A stretch of 63,704 nt of DNA, counting the filler, from Reticulomyxa filosa (lineage: Eukaryota > Protista > Foraminifera): assembly GCA_000512085.1 (NCBI GenBank). It is 16 parts of 16 records of this genome, joined end to end, with 100 filler letters (N's around TTAATTAATTAA, not from the genome) between each part and the next. Parts side by side here need not be neighbours in the genome. Positions count along the whole stretch, not along the records: positions 45,988 to 52,315 come from ASPP01011970.1; positions 52,416 to 62,288 come from ASPP01006872.1; 14 more parts are not named here. One strand, written 5' to 3'. The translations under genes were made by a program, and so were the position numbers. Shown piece after piece: positions 48,997 to 62,288 of this stretch. How positions within the stretch are numbered: position 1 is the stretch's first letter; each line of letters begins with the position of its first letter. The notes under the pieces were generated by a model. That model was not told where the DNA came from. It saw nothing but the letters and a program-made list of their open reading frames with translations, and did not search any database.

Positions 48997-51145
48997 TTAA
49001 TCGTATATATTATTTGTTGTATAAGAAGATAAAGTAATCCAATCACTCAAATGTTTTACTTTGTTCCATCCATGAGCAATTCCCAATTTTGAGACATACC
49101 CGTCAGTTAATTCTAGACATGTATCGTTATTTTTAACTTGGGGTCTTTTCAATGTGTTACGTTCGTTATTAAATAACGCACATCCCATATCACTTGCAGG
49201 GAGTGTGGGCAACTCAATGTCATAACTTCCCCATAATTTTTTTTTCTTCTTGGGATTGAGAGGACAAATTATTTTTTCCATTTTTGTTGTATTTTCAATT
49301 ATTTTTGCTTCGACCTGATAGGATTTGTGTCTGATAAATGTCATTTTTTCGCATCACAGACATGTGAACTAGCATCATGATATTTCTTTGTGCTGTTGCT
49401 GGTTAGTTCCATTTCTGAAGATGACGTCTGGGAAATGGACTTTCTCTATTTTTCATTTTGTTATTGCACTTGTTTTTTTTTTTTTTTTTGTTTTAATTTT
49501 CTCTATTTTTTTTTTTGTTTATTATTTATTTTATTAGCATACTTGCAAATCATCGTTCGTCTCTGCAATGGGAATATTACATCGAGTATTGCTTTTTGGC
49601 ACTGGTTGCACAAACTGATGATTGTTAACAGGACAGCTGTTTGTCGCGAGCTTGATTTTTTCCGTGACAAGTACTTTTGTTTTTTTCAAAGGCGGTTCAA
49701 AAGTATCGTCCTCTAGACAGTCGGAAGATAAGCGATTATTTATGTTTTTAAGTGATTCCGTTTTTTTGTATTGTGTATTTGTTGCTTCCGATAATACACG
49801 TTTCCTTGCGTGCTGATGATTGTTTATTAAATCAACATTAGCGAAAGCGTTTTCGTAATCGTCGCTGTTGTTGATTTCAACATCCATTCTCAAAGTAAGA
49901 CTTTCATTTGCATGGGTCTTGCTTGAGCGGAGTTTTAGCATTACCTTTTTTTTAGGCGAAGTGTCTCCAATGTGCTTTTTCGTCTTGAGAGTATCCGCAT
50001 AAAAATTGTTATCCGGAACATCATTTTTTTGTTTCGCCCAAAGTACTTCTTGGTAAATTGGCTCATTTTCACTGCTATCCTCTTCGGAGTCTTTCCGATC
50101 CAAATCGCAGTAACTTGCAGTCTTTCGTCTTTTTTCTACTTTTGCTTTGCTTGCACTTCGTTTCACTTTTTTTTGGGTCGCAACAGAGTTGCTTATTTCA
50201 ATTGGTCTTGGAATAGCTTCATATGTTTTTATGTCGTCCAGAGTCGGTAGTCGTAGTATTTCTGAATCATGATCTTTGTTGTTGTTGTTTTTTTTTTTTT
50301 TTTTTTATTATTTTTTAAGCAAAAGAATAAAACAAAGAAAAGAGGAGAACATTACTCTGTTTTAATTGATTTCTACGTCCAATTTTTTTTGCTCGTTTCA
50401 GCACTGTTTGATGTGCAATTGTATTTTGAATTGCAACCTTGCGAATGACTGTGGGTAGAAATATTTTCGTGGATTGAAATTCAAAAAGCGTTTCTAATGG
50501 AAGTACACTTGTGTCACTCAAGTCTTGAAACTGCACCGTTATCTGACACTGGTTTTTTGCATGTGGCATTTGCACCACGATTGCAGGATAATATACGGTT
50601 GTCCACACACCGTTTTCGTCTGGCCATAAACAAAACACTTCCTCTCCCTTTTGAATTGCCGGTAGCTACATCATTTGTATATCACATATACATACAAGAA
50701 TTTTGTCATTTTTTCAAACTATTAAAGTATACACACGTATAGACTTTTTATTATCACATATGTTTTCAATGACATTTTATAAAGGACTTTTTTTTTAACG
50801 TGCCTGGTCGTCATAAAAATAAGATCCACTGTCGGTGCAAGAAACTAACAAGAACGTATCTTTCCAATAACGGTTGTTTATCTTACCACTCATATCGTCA
50901 ATGTCCACAAATTGAACGCTGTTTATTTATTTGGTTACAAAAACTCCTTACACAATTGTGGAGCCAACAAATAAAGAGGCAGTGAAGGCGCTGAACTACG
51001 ATTCATCGAATCCCTCGACTACTGCCAACGCAATTCCCGAAACAAGTTGAGGATCGCTTGCACTGGTGCTGACACTTACACCAATGATAGAGCCCTTAAC
51101 AAACTGATTGTGATCAAGAATAAGATCGTCCCGATAACTAAGCAT
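48997..51145 (-). CDS. SGF29-like Tudor-domain protein with long basic/disordered C-terminal region, multi-exon
   Basis: FKRGEEVFCLWPDENGVWTTVYYPAIVVQMP..ITVQFQD resembles SGF29 Tudor-2; upstream exon VQFVDIDD; NLS-like KKTK and KRRK. Start codon uncertain. Confidence 0.55.
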
Positions 51146-52462
51146 GTCTACAAAAACGATAGGAGTGACTTCAACACACCTACAACCATAAAATCCTTTT
51201 TTTTTTGTGGTACGGACGTTTTTCCGTTCTTTCGGAATCTATTCAAGTAAAAGTGTAGACATTGCCACAAGTTTAGCGAGTAATTTGTATGATTAAAATG
51301 TAAAATTGAAGATAGAAACATATTGCATCTCACTTTTGTGTGTTTTGGAATTGAAGAGAAAAGTATAATTAAATGATCAAATACGATTACGAGAAAACAT
51401 AGATCTGCTCTAGTTTGTTAATATTTATGACAAAAAATGTGGAATATGATTTATAAATGTTTAAAAATTGCCTAGTAAAGAACAGCGAAAGCTAACTAAA
51501 ATCATGGACTTTGAAAGTCTAGGAAAACTTTTTGAACTTTTTTAAGATGAATAAAACAATGCTAAAAACAGATGACAGAGCTACCATTTCTTTGATAGGA
51601 TATCTCTTCTACGCTTACTGTGTACCTTTTGCTTTCTTGGTGTTGATTGTCAGACGCAAATCACAACATGTGATAGTGGTGTTGCCAAAGACGAGACAAG
51701 CACCACGAAATAACGTCAAATTTGCACAAAATACACAGTAACAAACTGAAACTGAAGTATTGCATTTTATATATGCACAATAACGTGAACATCGTATTGT
51801 AGAAATTGTTACCATTTTTTACAATGTTTATTTTAATTGGAGTGTTTGTAATCGATGGAATAAGGCTACTATGCTGTTATACGAAATTCCATAACTCTTT
51901 TGAGTTAATATTAATCAACAGAGTAATTTTTCATATGAATGATTTATTTGGTCCATTTCAAGTTGACTTGTCACATATTGTTATTTTACTCTACAATCAT
52001 TTCCATTTGTTTGATTGTCATTTTTTTTAACGTTTTTTACAAAAAATCCACACTGCAATGATGGATCGCAATGGTTTTGCGTCTGTTTGCTTCTTTGTGA
52101 GTATGTTAATTTTCTTGCAAGCATAATCTATTACTTTCAATTCGTTTGCATTGCATAGAGTGAATTCGAAGAATGCGGTTGACAGTATGTTGCACCTTGA
52201 TATAAATTTTGGGCATACACACCTGACTACATAAGAAAATTAAAAGTAATTTAAATATCCATTTGCCATTGTTTCTTTTCATTGTAATCCATACTACAGT
52301 AGGTTGCAAAGAAAANNNNNNNNNNNNNNNNNNNNNNNNNNNNNNNNNNNNNNNNNNNNTTAATTAATTAANNNNNNNNNNNNNNNNNNNNNNNNNNNNN
52401 NNNNNNNNNNNNNNNTATATGTATATATATGTATATATATAACATATAACAATTATCAATAG

Positions 52463-53319
52463 CCCGAAATGAAACAAAAATTTATTGTGAAAAGACACCG
52501 GCGTATTTGATCTTTCCATCTTCATTGTATTTGGTGAGTGAACTGGCTCGAAGGAATCAGCATTTGTATTTGTATATTGTGCTTCGAAATCCCATTCAAC
52601 GTGCGTATAGTGGGTATTGGTGGCATTACGAGGAGCGTGATGACAATAGGCTGCTTCGGGTAATTGATCAAGACTTGTCATTTTATCGGTTTCACCATCA
52701 ATACTTTCGACCTATGTTTGAATTGCTTGACAGAAGTGACTCCGACAATTTATCGCACTCCGATCTTGTTCGCTTGTTCATCAATGGCTTTTATCATGAC
52801 GTACTTGGCTTGTTCCAACATTCCGCCTCCAAAATCATTCCCAATCCTTTAATTCGATCTTGTTATTATCCACAAATTCAAATGATCTTTTATTTCTTTG
52901 GACTGGAACGTATACCCACTTCTTCTCATTACTCCTATTCGTCGCCATCGCAACAGCGACAACGAAAGATCAATGCCAATGCCAATACTTTGGATACTCC
53001 CTTTGTCAATTTGAAAATTTTACAATTGGATAGGTTTCATAGCAAAAACCAATCCCATTTGATATTCCATTTCCGCAAATGGATTTATGGCGAGGACGAT
53101 CAAACTGTCACTTTCGTTGATTTGGAGGATAAGTTTATTCAGGACACACTCTCTGCTCTTTCTCATGACAACCAAGAGTGGAACTACAAAACTAGACCCA
53201 TCACCTCTGATTTGGAGGTTAAAATGACTCAGTTTTTTCACGGTTGCAATAAACATTTGTATTCTTTTTTCAAGCAAAACCCTCATTATTTACTTGCCAA
53301 TATGTATTCCACTTGGTAA
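52463..53319 (+). CDS. PAPS-dependent sulfotransferase (HS3ST/NDST-like), 5'-truncated
   Basis: EKTPAY; IVLRNPIQRAYSGY (3'-PB motif); IRSCYYPQI. Confidence 0.82.
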
Positions 53320-53739
53320 CTACTCCTGAAACCAATACACAACATGAGTATTCTCTCCTTTTGCAATGTTTACACTAATTTTTCTTAAAAGAAATTTTTT
53401 AAAATTTAGTATTCAAAAGAATTTCGTTTTTGTTGTTTTGTGCTGAAAAAATACATCTTCTTGCGCATATCTTATTGACATTAAACATCTTTGTTTTAGA
53501 GCAGTCACATTATTGCTTCCTTGCATACAAAATCTCAAATTTTTGTTATTTGAATGAATTTTTGCACAACATTCGTTTGGAAAATTGTACAAAGAAAAAA
53601 AGTTTATGAAACAGGAGATGCCTTGTTTTTCTTTGTAAAAAAACTACTCTTCGACCTGAAGCTGGAAACAGCATTTAGATCATGTCGCTGGTTAAAAAAT
53701 AAGCGCAAGTGCCCCTTTTTAAAAAACTTTGAAAAGGAT

Positions 53740-55473
53740 ATGTGGGCCCGACTCTCTCGACAAATTTTTGCAAAATTCCAATCTGCTCCATATAATAGCC
53801 GCTATATATTGACACGTTCTTTTTCAATAAAGCAAACACTGATAGCGTCAATTGAAAATAGGGAGAGGAAGACCCCTTCAAACAAAGAAACATACATAGC
53901 GAGGAATCTGTGGACCGTGAGCCAACGAATCAGCAATCAGAGACCACGGACACATCGAAGGAAGATATCTTTGCGAATTGCGACTCATGTGCGAAAGTAT
54001 TAGCAACATTGAGAGAGAAGCAAAGCTCATTATCAGAAACGGACTTTGTGCACGCACTAAAGAAATGCAGAGACACAACAACAGAAAAAAGAAAAAAAAT
54101 AGTACAAGCTTGCCTAGAAATCTACAATACAGCAGAAGCATGTAACAAAGCCAGCATGTCCTTGCATACAGTAATGATAGCCGTGTGCAAGAGACATATG
54201 GTGATAAACTCACAATTGAACACCAAAGATATTGCGTTTGAAATTTTTGGAAATTTACAACAAAATAAGGATCAAACTGGTTTTGAGCCAACTATTGCAA
54301 TTTACACTACTTTATTGCGTATTTGCATTGAACTTAAGTTCTCTCTCTCTCTCTTTCTACATATACACATACAAACAAACATAAAGTTTTTTTTTACAAT
54401 TAATGATAATGAGAGGGGGGGGGGGAAAAAAAAAGAGATTTTGAGAACGGCAAAAATTTGTGGAAGTACTTGCGTCAACAAGTGAAAAATCAGCAAGAGC
54501 GTGACAAAAACGAGGAGAAAGAATTGTCATCGTCATCCAATCAAGAGGGAAAAGTCCGATTGAAAATGGACTCTTTTATTGTGGCAACGGCACTCCGTTT
54601 GTTCATTCAAAGCCATAGATACGATAAGGCGACAGAGTTATTTAAACAATGCAAATCCAATAAATTAAACGAAATGAAAGATTGTTTCGACCCTGTGCTA
54701 ATGTATTATACATTGATGAGTGAATTTGCTTATCTGCAAAAACATAAACGAGTGTTGGAACTGTTTCATGAATTTATGACAGAAAGCTATGCTTCGGTAT
54801 TAGCTCAACCTGATCACCACGTGGAACAAGTGATGCAGGTAATGCTCAATATCTTTGCTGCGCAGGGACTCTATATTGATTGTCGGCAGTTGCTCGATGC
54901 AATGATCACAAACCAAAGTTCCATCCAACCTACCCTTTTGATTGGTCCTCTGTACCCAATCCAAATGTGCTTTGTTTTACTTCTTTGCTCAAGGCTTTAA
55001 TCAACACTCCCAAATTACGTGTCTCTTATGCTGATGCGTGGGATGCTATTAATTGGACTTTGCTTCAAATGCAACAGCTTAATATTCCTTTGGATAATGT
55101 CATTTATGGTATATTATTTCATTTGTGTGGAAATCATTTTGCGGAGCCCGATTTGCCAAAGGCTTTGCAGTTTTATCAACAAATGCTCGCTCAGAACTTA
55201 ACTCCTAGTGTTTTTGAATTGAACAATTTACTCATTACTGGGCTACAATATCATAAATTCCACAACTCATCTACGGCCGAAGTTGTTGTTTTTATTGAAT
55301 CAATTTTGCAACAATTTCGACAGTTTAATCTTACACCCAATGCATATACACATAAAATCACTAAAGTCTGTTCTAAATACAGATCATATTCGGAAGAAAA
55401 GACTCTTAAAAAAACTGATGTTTTACTCACTCCAAAAAAGAACATCAAAAAGTACAAACATGGATTGGATTAA
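53740..55473 (+). CDS. Pentatricopeptide-repeat protein, probably mitochondrial; spliced; one frameshift near 54910
   Basis: MWARLSRQIFAKF presequence-like start; GFEPTIAIYTTLLRIC, YYTLMSEFA, PNVLCFTSLLKAL, LDNVIYGILF..ALQFYQQMLAQNLTPS. Confidence 0.8.
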
Positions 55474-55884
55474 CATTTTGCGGAATTGTTGCTAAATTAC
55501 TCTTTTTTTTAATAAAAAAAATATGCATTTCTTTTTTAGAATTCATTTTAATTGGACAGTTTAAGAAATAATATGGGTTCGCTGACAACAACTTTGAGTC
55601 ATTACGACTTAATCTACTATTTATTGGAGTCAACCCCAATATGTTTTTGTCATTACAAAAAGGAAATTGTTTGGTTTGTCACCACGTTTAGAATGGCCAA
55701 AAAGAAGAAACCAAAAAAAAAACCAAAACATTTTCGAAGAAGTCTTACTTTTATATATTATTGTTTATGTTTACGTTCTGCGTCCTTCTCTCTGCAACAA
55801 CTAAATCCGTTAAAACTGAGAATAGAGGAAGGCTGAAGAAGGGAATAAGAGTAACAAAGATCATTAAAAGAAAACAAGTGAGAA

Positions 55885-57236
55885 CTACATGCTTTGATCA
55901 CTATCACTCTCATGCCCAATGGCAAAATCTGCCATTTTTTTATTCGTTTGTTTATTTGCAATGAGTTGGCGCACGGTGCTCTTCCCGCTTTGATTTTGTG
56001 TTTCCAATGCTTTGGTTCGCATTTCAATGCTCGGCGGGATAGGGGCATTTGTCTTTGGCGGTGAGAAATCGTCTAAATCATCGTCATCAATACTCACAGC
56101 CTCATGATTAGAGTATCGTATTGAATCAACGACGTGATTTTTTCGACAAACGCGGACAGCGCTCCAAATGATGACAATCAAAACAACAACAGAAGAGGCT
56201 ATTAATGCCCAGCGCCAAATTATTAATGATATCCCCGAGTCTATTTGATCATTCATTGTCACCAAAATATAAGTATAATGTAGAGAGGATTCCTCTTTTC
56301 TCTCTTTCGAAAAATTTTTACAATTTTCTTTTTGTGATGTGTGTGTGTGCATACCAGAGCTGCTGTCTTCGTTAGTGTGACGTCCTATAAATGTGTCACG
56401 TCAAATGTACATATTTTTGTTATTGTTGTTGATTGACAAATACTATGAAAAAAGAGGAGAGAAGAAAAAAAGAAAAACAAATAGAACTGGTATGCTTATC
56501 ATTTGGAACCGCCGCACTTTTATGTGCATCTTCTGGACATGTTTCGTTTTGGATGTTGAAACTGGCCGAATGTCCGAGATTGGCGTTGTTCTCATCAAAC
56601 TCATACCACATATCACAATCCATAACTGATTGGTCACTATTTTTACAAAGTATTACTGGAGCTGGGTTGCAGAACTCTAGGTTCAGTGAACATGTTTTAG
56701 AATCGAACACGTCTTCATACTGCTCGCATAGATAAAATTCTTTTTTTTTTTTAATTAAAAATAAAATCTTTTTTTTTTGAAATGGGGGAGGACCCTTGAA
56801 GAGGAAGAGAGAAACAAAAAAAAAAAAAAAAAAGCAACTGTATCCAACAATAGGCGATGGCTCTCCTGACGTTTTTGATTCATCTATCTCTGTTGTGCTG
56901 TTTAAAATGAAATAAGTCACTTCGGTACCATCATCTCCTTCATAAAGGGATCCGTTTATTGCACGAACCCAAACTGGATCGTCACAATTTTTTAAGTTGT
57001 GGTAAAGTTGGTAATACTATAAAGAAAATACAAGTATATAGTGTTTTTTTACATTTTCGTTTAGTAGGAGGGAAATATCAATGCAAAAGACGATTTCGTC
57101 AACTTACTCCGTCAATGATGTGGACACTCGAGTCCGTAATACAAAGGTCAGATATAGTTGCACTTGACAAAGTATGTAAAGTTACTGCTGTCATAAGTCC
57201 AAATGAAGAATAGAAACGAGAAAACATGTTCTGCAT
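55885..57236 (-). CDS. Single-pass (type I-like) membrane protein with Cys-containing ectodomain, multi-exon
   Basis: MQNMFSRF..IIDG|YYQLYHNLKNCDDPVWVR..GY|KFYLCEQ..CDMWYEF..; TM segment WALIASSVVVLIVIIWSAV followed by RVCRK. Confidence 0.6.
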
Positions 57237-57438
57237 ATTTATATATTGTTTTTATTTTTGGACAATTTTGAAAAAAAAAGGGTTATACTGTTACACACTT
57301 TCAATTTTTTGTTTGTCCAACAGGATGTGAGTTTAGCTGAAAATTTTTGGTAATTTTTGTACTTGGCTCAAAGAAAGTCATGAAGCGTCTTCTTCTTTGG
57401 AACGGTCACTTTTCAAAGGTGGAAAACCTTTGGCAAAA

Positions 57439-58851
57439 ATGAAGACGGAAATAAAACGGAAAACAAGATTGGATGGAACTACACATCATCGAAAGCCCGG
57501 TCTTGAGCAGAATAATGTTGATGAAGATTATGAAATGTCAAATGAAAAGCCCTCACTACTGGCGAAACTATATCGTTCCTATCCAATGAGACGATGTATT
57601 TTGACGTTCCTATCTCTTGGACTAGGAATAGTGTCATTGTTGACTATCCAGCAAATATTTTTTCCCTCAAGTTCACCTGTCGAGCGTACTAAGGATTGGA
57701 AAGGGTCAACAACACTAGCAGCAGAGCCAATAGTGAAAATAGTAGAGACAGCAGCAGCAACAACAACAAAGAATAGAAAGAACTTGACATGCAAGTATTC
57801 GAAATACAATCATCCATCTTTAATAGTGATCGGAGAGATGAAGTGTGCCACAAGCACATTGTACTACGCATTGAACGACCACGATCTATTTCCCGAAATG
57901 TATGGGAGTAAAGGTTACGAAGCACAATGGTACACTTGGACAATGAAAGAGAATTTGAACCAATCATTGAAACGTATTCGCAGTAACGAGTTTGCATGGC
58001 CAAACTTTCGCAAAGAGAGATGGAGTTTTGACGAGGCAAGTCCGGGCGAAGAAGATGTGTACATTCGTCAGCGACGTTTGAAACTCTTTGAAAAGTCTCC
58101 TCCTTATGTTCTGTTGCCACATTTGCCCATTTATCTATCCGAAGAATTTGTACCTTGCAATTTGAAAGTATTGTTGATGATTCGACATCCCATTCGTAGA
58201 CTTTGGTCTCAATTTTGGCATCAATCGGAAGTCAAGAATTTATTCTCCCAAAATTTTCAAAACGTGTTGCGACACTCGCAATACACTCATCGCTTTCACA
58301 AACTTCATGGCGCGTTGGTCACGTCCAGCTCCATGTCCAAAGATCAAAGGGAACAGTATATCATGGATCAATGGCAGGCTTTAATGTATGACGACAAAGT
58401 CTGCTGCCAGCTTGGAACCAATTGGGGGTACTATGGCTTCTGTTGCCAATTTGATATTTTAGTGCGCTCGTGCTATTACCCGGCCATATTGTGGTGGGAT
58501 CGACACATCGATCAACCACAAAATCACTTTCGAGTATTGAGTTACGAAGCGTTTTTCAGAGACCCAGCACTCGCTATTCAACGTCTGCGCTGTTGGTTGC
58601 ATGATGACATTGACAGTGACGTTGCAAACGATAAAGAAGGCCTTTGCAAATCTTTGGTGGGATATGTGCCAGTCAAAACCTCTAAAAAACACATGGGCGC
58701 TACCGACGGCAGAGAAATCCCACAGGACACTTTTCAAATTTTGACACAAATGTTTGAGCCTTGTGAAACACTGCTCATGCAATATTTGCACGAACATCCT
58801 TATTTGATTCTGGGCCAGCAAGACACTCCAGAACAGTTGTGGTCCAAATAA
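57439..58851 (+). CDS. Type II membrane (Golgi) sulfotransferase, HS3ST-like, intronless
   Basis: TM anchor CILTFLSLGLGIVSLLTI; PSLIVIGEMKCATSTL (5'-PSB); FEKSPPY; MIRHPIRRLWSQFWH (3'-PB); RSCYYP. Confidence 0.87.
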   Translation: MKTEIKRKTRLDGTTHHRKPGLEQNNVDEDYEMSNEKPSLLAKLYRSYPMRRCILTFLSLGLGIVSLLTIQQIFFPSSSPVERTKDWKGSTTLAAEPIVKIVETAAATTTKNRKNLTCKYSKYNHPSLIVIGEMKCATSTLYYALNDHDLFPEMYGSKGYEAQWYTWTMKENLNQSLKRIRSNEFAWPNFRKERWSFDEASPGEEDVYIRQRRLKLFEKSPPYVLLPHLPIYLSEEFVPCNLKVLLMIRHPIRRLWSQFWHQSEVKNLFSQNFQNVLRHSQYTHRFHKLHGALVTSSSMSKDQREQYIMDQWQALMYDDKVCCQLGTNWGYYGFCCQFDILVRSCYYPAILWWDRHIDQPQNHFRVLSYEAFFRDPALAIQRLRCWLHDDIDSDVANDKEGLCKSLVGYVPVKTSKKHMGATDGREIPQDTFQILTQMFEPCETLLMQYLHEHPYLILGQQDTPEQLWSK

Positions 58852-59025
58852 TTGAATCCTCCATTTTTTATTATCTCGACAAACTCAAAAAATTCCAATT
58901 TTTTTTTTTATTATTATTAAAAAAAAAGCTAACAAATGAAAACTGTTAAAAGAAAAAAATTTCTTTTTAATTCAAAACAAAATAAAAAAACTTCCCTCCA
59001 TCTCTTTTTATTCTTTTTCAAAGTA

Positions 59026-60996
59026 TTAATCACAGTCGCTACAGTTTATGTTGTCACTTTCGAACATTTCTTGAATAAACTTGACTTCATTGTCCTCACT
59101 TGCACTGTGTTCTTCTTGTTCTTTTTTGTCATCCCTATCTTGCTCTTGTTCTTGATGTATACCTTTGGATGGGCTTACTTGTGATTTGCATTTGTCAAAT
59201 TTTTTGAGATCCCAGTTTGCAGTAGATGGACTCCAATACTGTTCAATGATGTCACCGACAGAGTGAGGAGAGAATTGATCTGTATTCAAAAGATCGATAG
59301 CTTGGACAATATGTTCTAGCAATGCAATTTGTCGTGCCTGAAGTTCAAACTCGCAACTCCGATAGCGATAATACCAAGACCTTGTTAATGAGAGCAGCTT
59401 TTCGAAGTTGTGTTTTCCAATTTTCTCTTCGTGTTTCCGAATTTCGTCGCAAACCACGTAAAAGTAGGGCTCACACAAGCGACTGACATTGCAACGTACC
59501 GCTGTGCACACCGTTAATTCGCGATACAATATTTTAAATATGTGACCACGGATCATATGTTTCGTCGCCGTCAAATATTTTTTGCACAAGCCAATGTACT
59601 CTTGTGCCATTGTCATCGCGTGTGGTTGAAGTTCTTTCGTCTTTTCATTTGTCAACATGCATACATACGTATATGTATATTAATACGTACGCATTTTTTT
59701 TTTAAATAGAAAAAATGAACTAAAAACATGGCAGGATTGCTCAACAAACTTTCCGCGGCCATGTATCCATCACATTTGGTATATTGCAAACATTGTTCAA
59801 CGTCTTCAATGACCTCACATCCACCGTTAGCAAAGATGGGAATATCTTGCACCTGTGCTTTGATGACTCGAATGATATCAAAATTGCACGCCTTACTCTC
59901 AGATTTCCTTTGCTCACGTGTTCTGCCATGAACACAGATCCAAGAGGCTCCCGCCTTGCGCAGCCGCTTTACCATTTCCAATGCTTTGGAGTCAGTCAGT
60001 TAGTTAGTTTATTTATTACAAAAGTTGATTGTTTCGATTTTTTTAAATTTTTTTTTAAAAAAAGGGGGAGAGGGAGGGGGGGGGGAGACAAACAGATAAC
60101 AAATATAAAGCAACTCAACTTTTATCATCATCATGGAACACTCGAACCTTGGCGCAAACAGGAATTTTTAAGTGCGTGTGACAAGTGTGGATCAACTTTT
60201 CCATTAATGGAATGTTATCCATTAAGTAAGCTCCATAGTTACCGCGACGGGCAATATTTTGTGGACATCCAAAGTTTATGTCAATTGCGTCTACTTTATC
60301 TTCTATCATCCTTTTTTAATTTAAAAAAAAAAATCTCTGTCCATATTCATTGATGTGAATGCGATACAGACAAGTAGATAGATAGAGGGACACCTTTGTT
60401 GTTGATGTCTATTTGAAGAGTAACGTAACTGCGCAGCCTTTAACAATATGATCGGATCGTTGGCACAAAATTGAGCCACCAATGGACGGTCTTCTGGACA
60501 TGACAAATCATTCAATATCTCTTGTGTGTAGTCTTTCGCTTCAATGAAACACTTGGAATGGATCATTGGCGTGTAACATAGTGACACCCCATATTTGCGA
60601 CATAACATTCGAAATGGTAGCTCACTTTTTTTTTTTTTTTATTTAGCGTACACTTGTGCACGTATGCAAAAGCCAGTTTTACTGCCATCCAAATGTTAAC
60701 AATTTGAAACAAAAATATAAAGAGTGATGGCTACATATTATCATATATACCTTTGATCTACCATGGGAGCACAGATGAACTATCGGGTTTTGTTTCATCA
60801 GAACCAAACACAATACACCTCATTCACTGTGCAATCCTCACTTCTAGCGGTGGGTTTTTGCAAAGATCTAAAACATTTTTATAACTGCAAATTATCAACA
60901 TTAGTATACCTTAGGAGAGCCAAGCTTCTTGAAAAATGCATAACCATCCGGCAAGGCTTTGTTCGAAGTAATAGATGAGACATCATTATTTTCCAT
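59026..60996 (-). CDS. DUS1: tRNA-dihydrouridine synthase DUS1, multi-exon
   Basis: LGSPK|FICAPMVDQ|SELPFRMLCRKYG..YTPM; DRPLVAQFCAND; IDINFGCPQNIARRGNYGAYL; VHGRTREQ; FANGG; AESLLSNPAMF. Confidence 0.93.
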
Positions 60997-61444
60997 TGTT
61001 TTTAAAAAAAGGGGAGCAAATAAAAACAAAAACCGTGCACTCGCCAGTTCACTAATTATATAAAAAGGAGTGTTTTTAGGATCAGCTTCATCGAAATGAA
61101 GTTGGAAGCATAATTATGATGTGTGAAATTTGTTTTTATTAGCAAAAAAAAACAATGATATGTTTCAACAAAAAAGGAGAAGACAGAAAAAAGAAAAAAG
61201 AAAAAACAGATTTATTGTCAAAAAAAAAAAAAAGTAGGAGGAAAGTTGTAAAAAAAGGGTCTGACATATACAAATAGATCCTGTGTAATCACTAGGTAAT
61301 TACACAGAAATGAAACAAAAAAATGAAATAAAAAAATGAATTGTCAGCAATGTGATAAGATTACGAAGAAAGAGAGAAAGAAAGATTGTTGATTGAAGGG
61401 AAAACAAAAAGATGAAAACAAAAAAAAACAAAAAAAAGAGTATA

Positions 61445-62288
61445 TTAGGAAATGGTCCAAAATTGATCAATGACAGTAATCCTGGATCCAATTTCGTCAT
61501 TAGGATCTCCCGTGTCTTCCACACCTCCAGATAAGATAAAGGCGATGCGCATTCCATTTTGAATGCCATCGACAATGATGCGATCACATACCTGTGTCTC
61601 CTCTTGCGTCAGTTGCTGCAAGCGACGACGCTCTTTGGGCTCGAGCGTCTCCAAAGGATTGGAAGGGCGATAGCGAGGAGTGGGTTGGGGAATGGGCGAC
61701 AACTCGTCGTTTGCACAAAGTGGGACCCAATCGCTTTGCGAAGGGACCGGACTTTCGGACATTCGAATTTGACTCCAATTATTTTTATCACGACTGTAGC
61801 TGCTGCTGCGTCGTCGACCAAGCTCTTTGCGCTGGATACGCTTTTGCGATGGCGATTTGACGGGTGAAGAGTCCTGCGTCTCTTTTACGACAGGGGAGGT
61901 TGTAATATCAATTTCCAGATCTATTGGAGATTTGGAATCTGGTCGTTGGCGTCCTCGTTCCGAGTTTTCGTCGGATTTTTGTCCTTGTCCTTGTTTTGTC
62001 CTTGTCCTTGTCCATATCCATGAGTTGCATTTTCTACGGGCGTGTCGTTACCCTGCAATGGCGAATTGTTAGCCTTCTTGGCGCCCTTTTTTGGACTGAC
62101 CCCTGCGGAGGGCAAGGGCGTGGTGGGGACTGTCAGCACTACGGGTGATCTCTCGTGTGCAGACTTGCGCTTTTGTTTGTGAATGGGTTCAATTTTCGGA
62201 AGAGCTTTTTTCGACCACGGCAATGGTGTGTTGTCTTCTGCTGCTGATATTTCGTCCTCTTCCGTTTGTCCTCTTCCCCCTCCTCCTC
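61445..62288 (-). CDS. 3' part of a disordered hypothetical protein with one frameshift (~61995)
   Basis: ORF 61921..62223 joins the frame of 61445..61762 if one A is added within the GGACAA (GQ) repeat. Confidence 0.55.
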
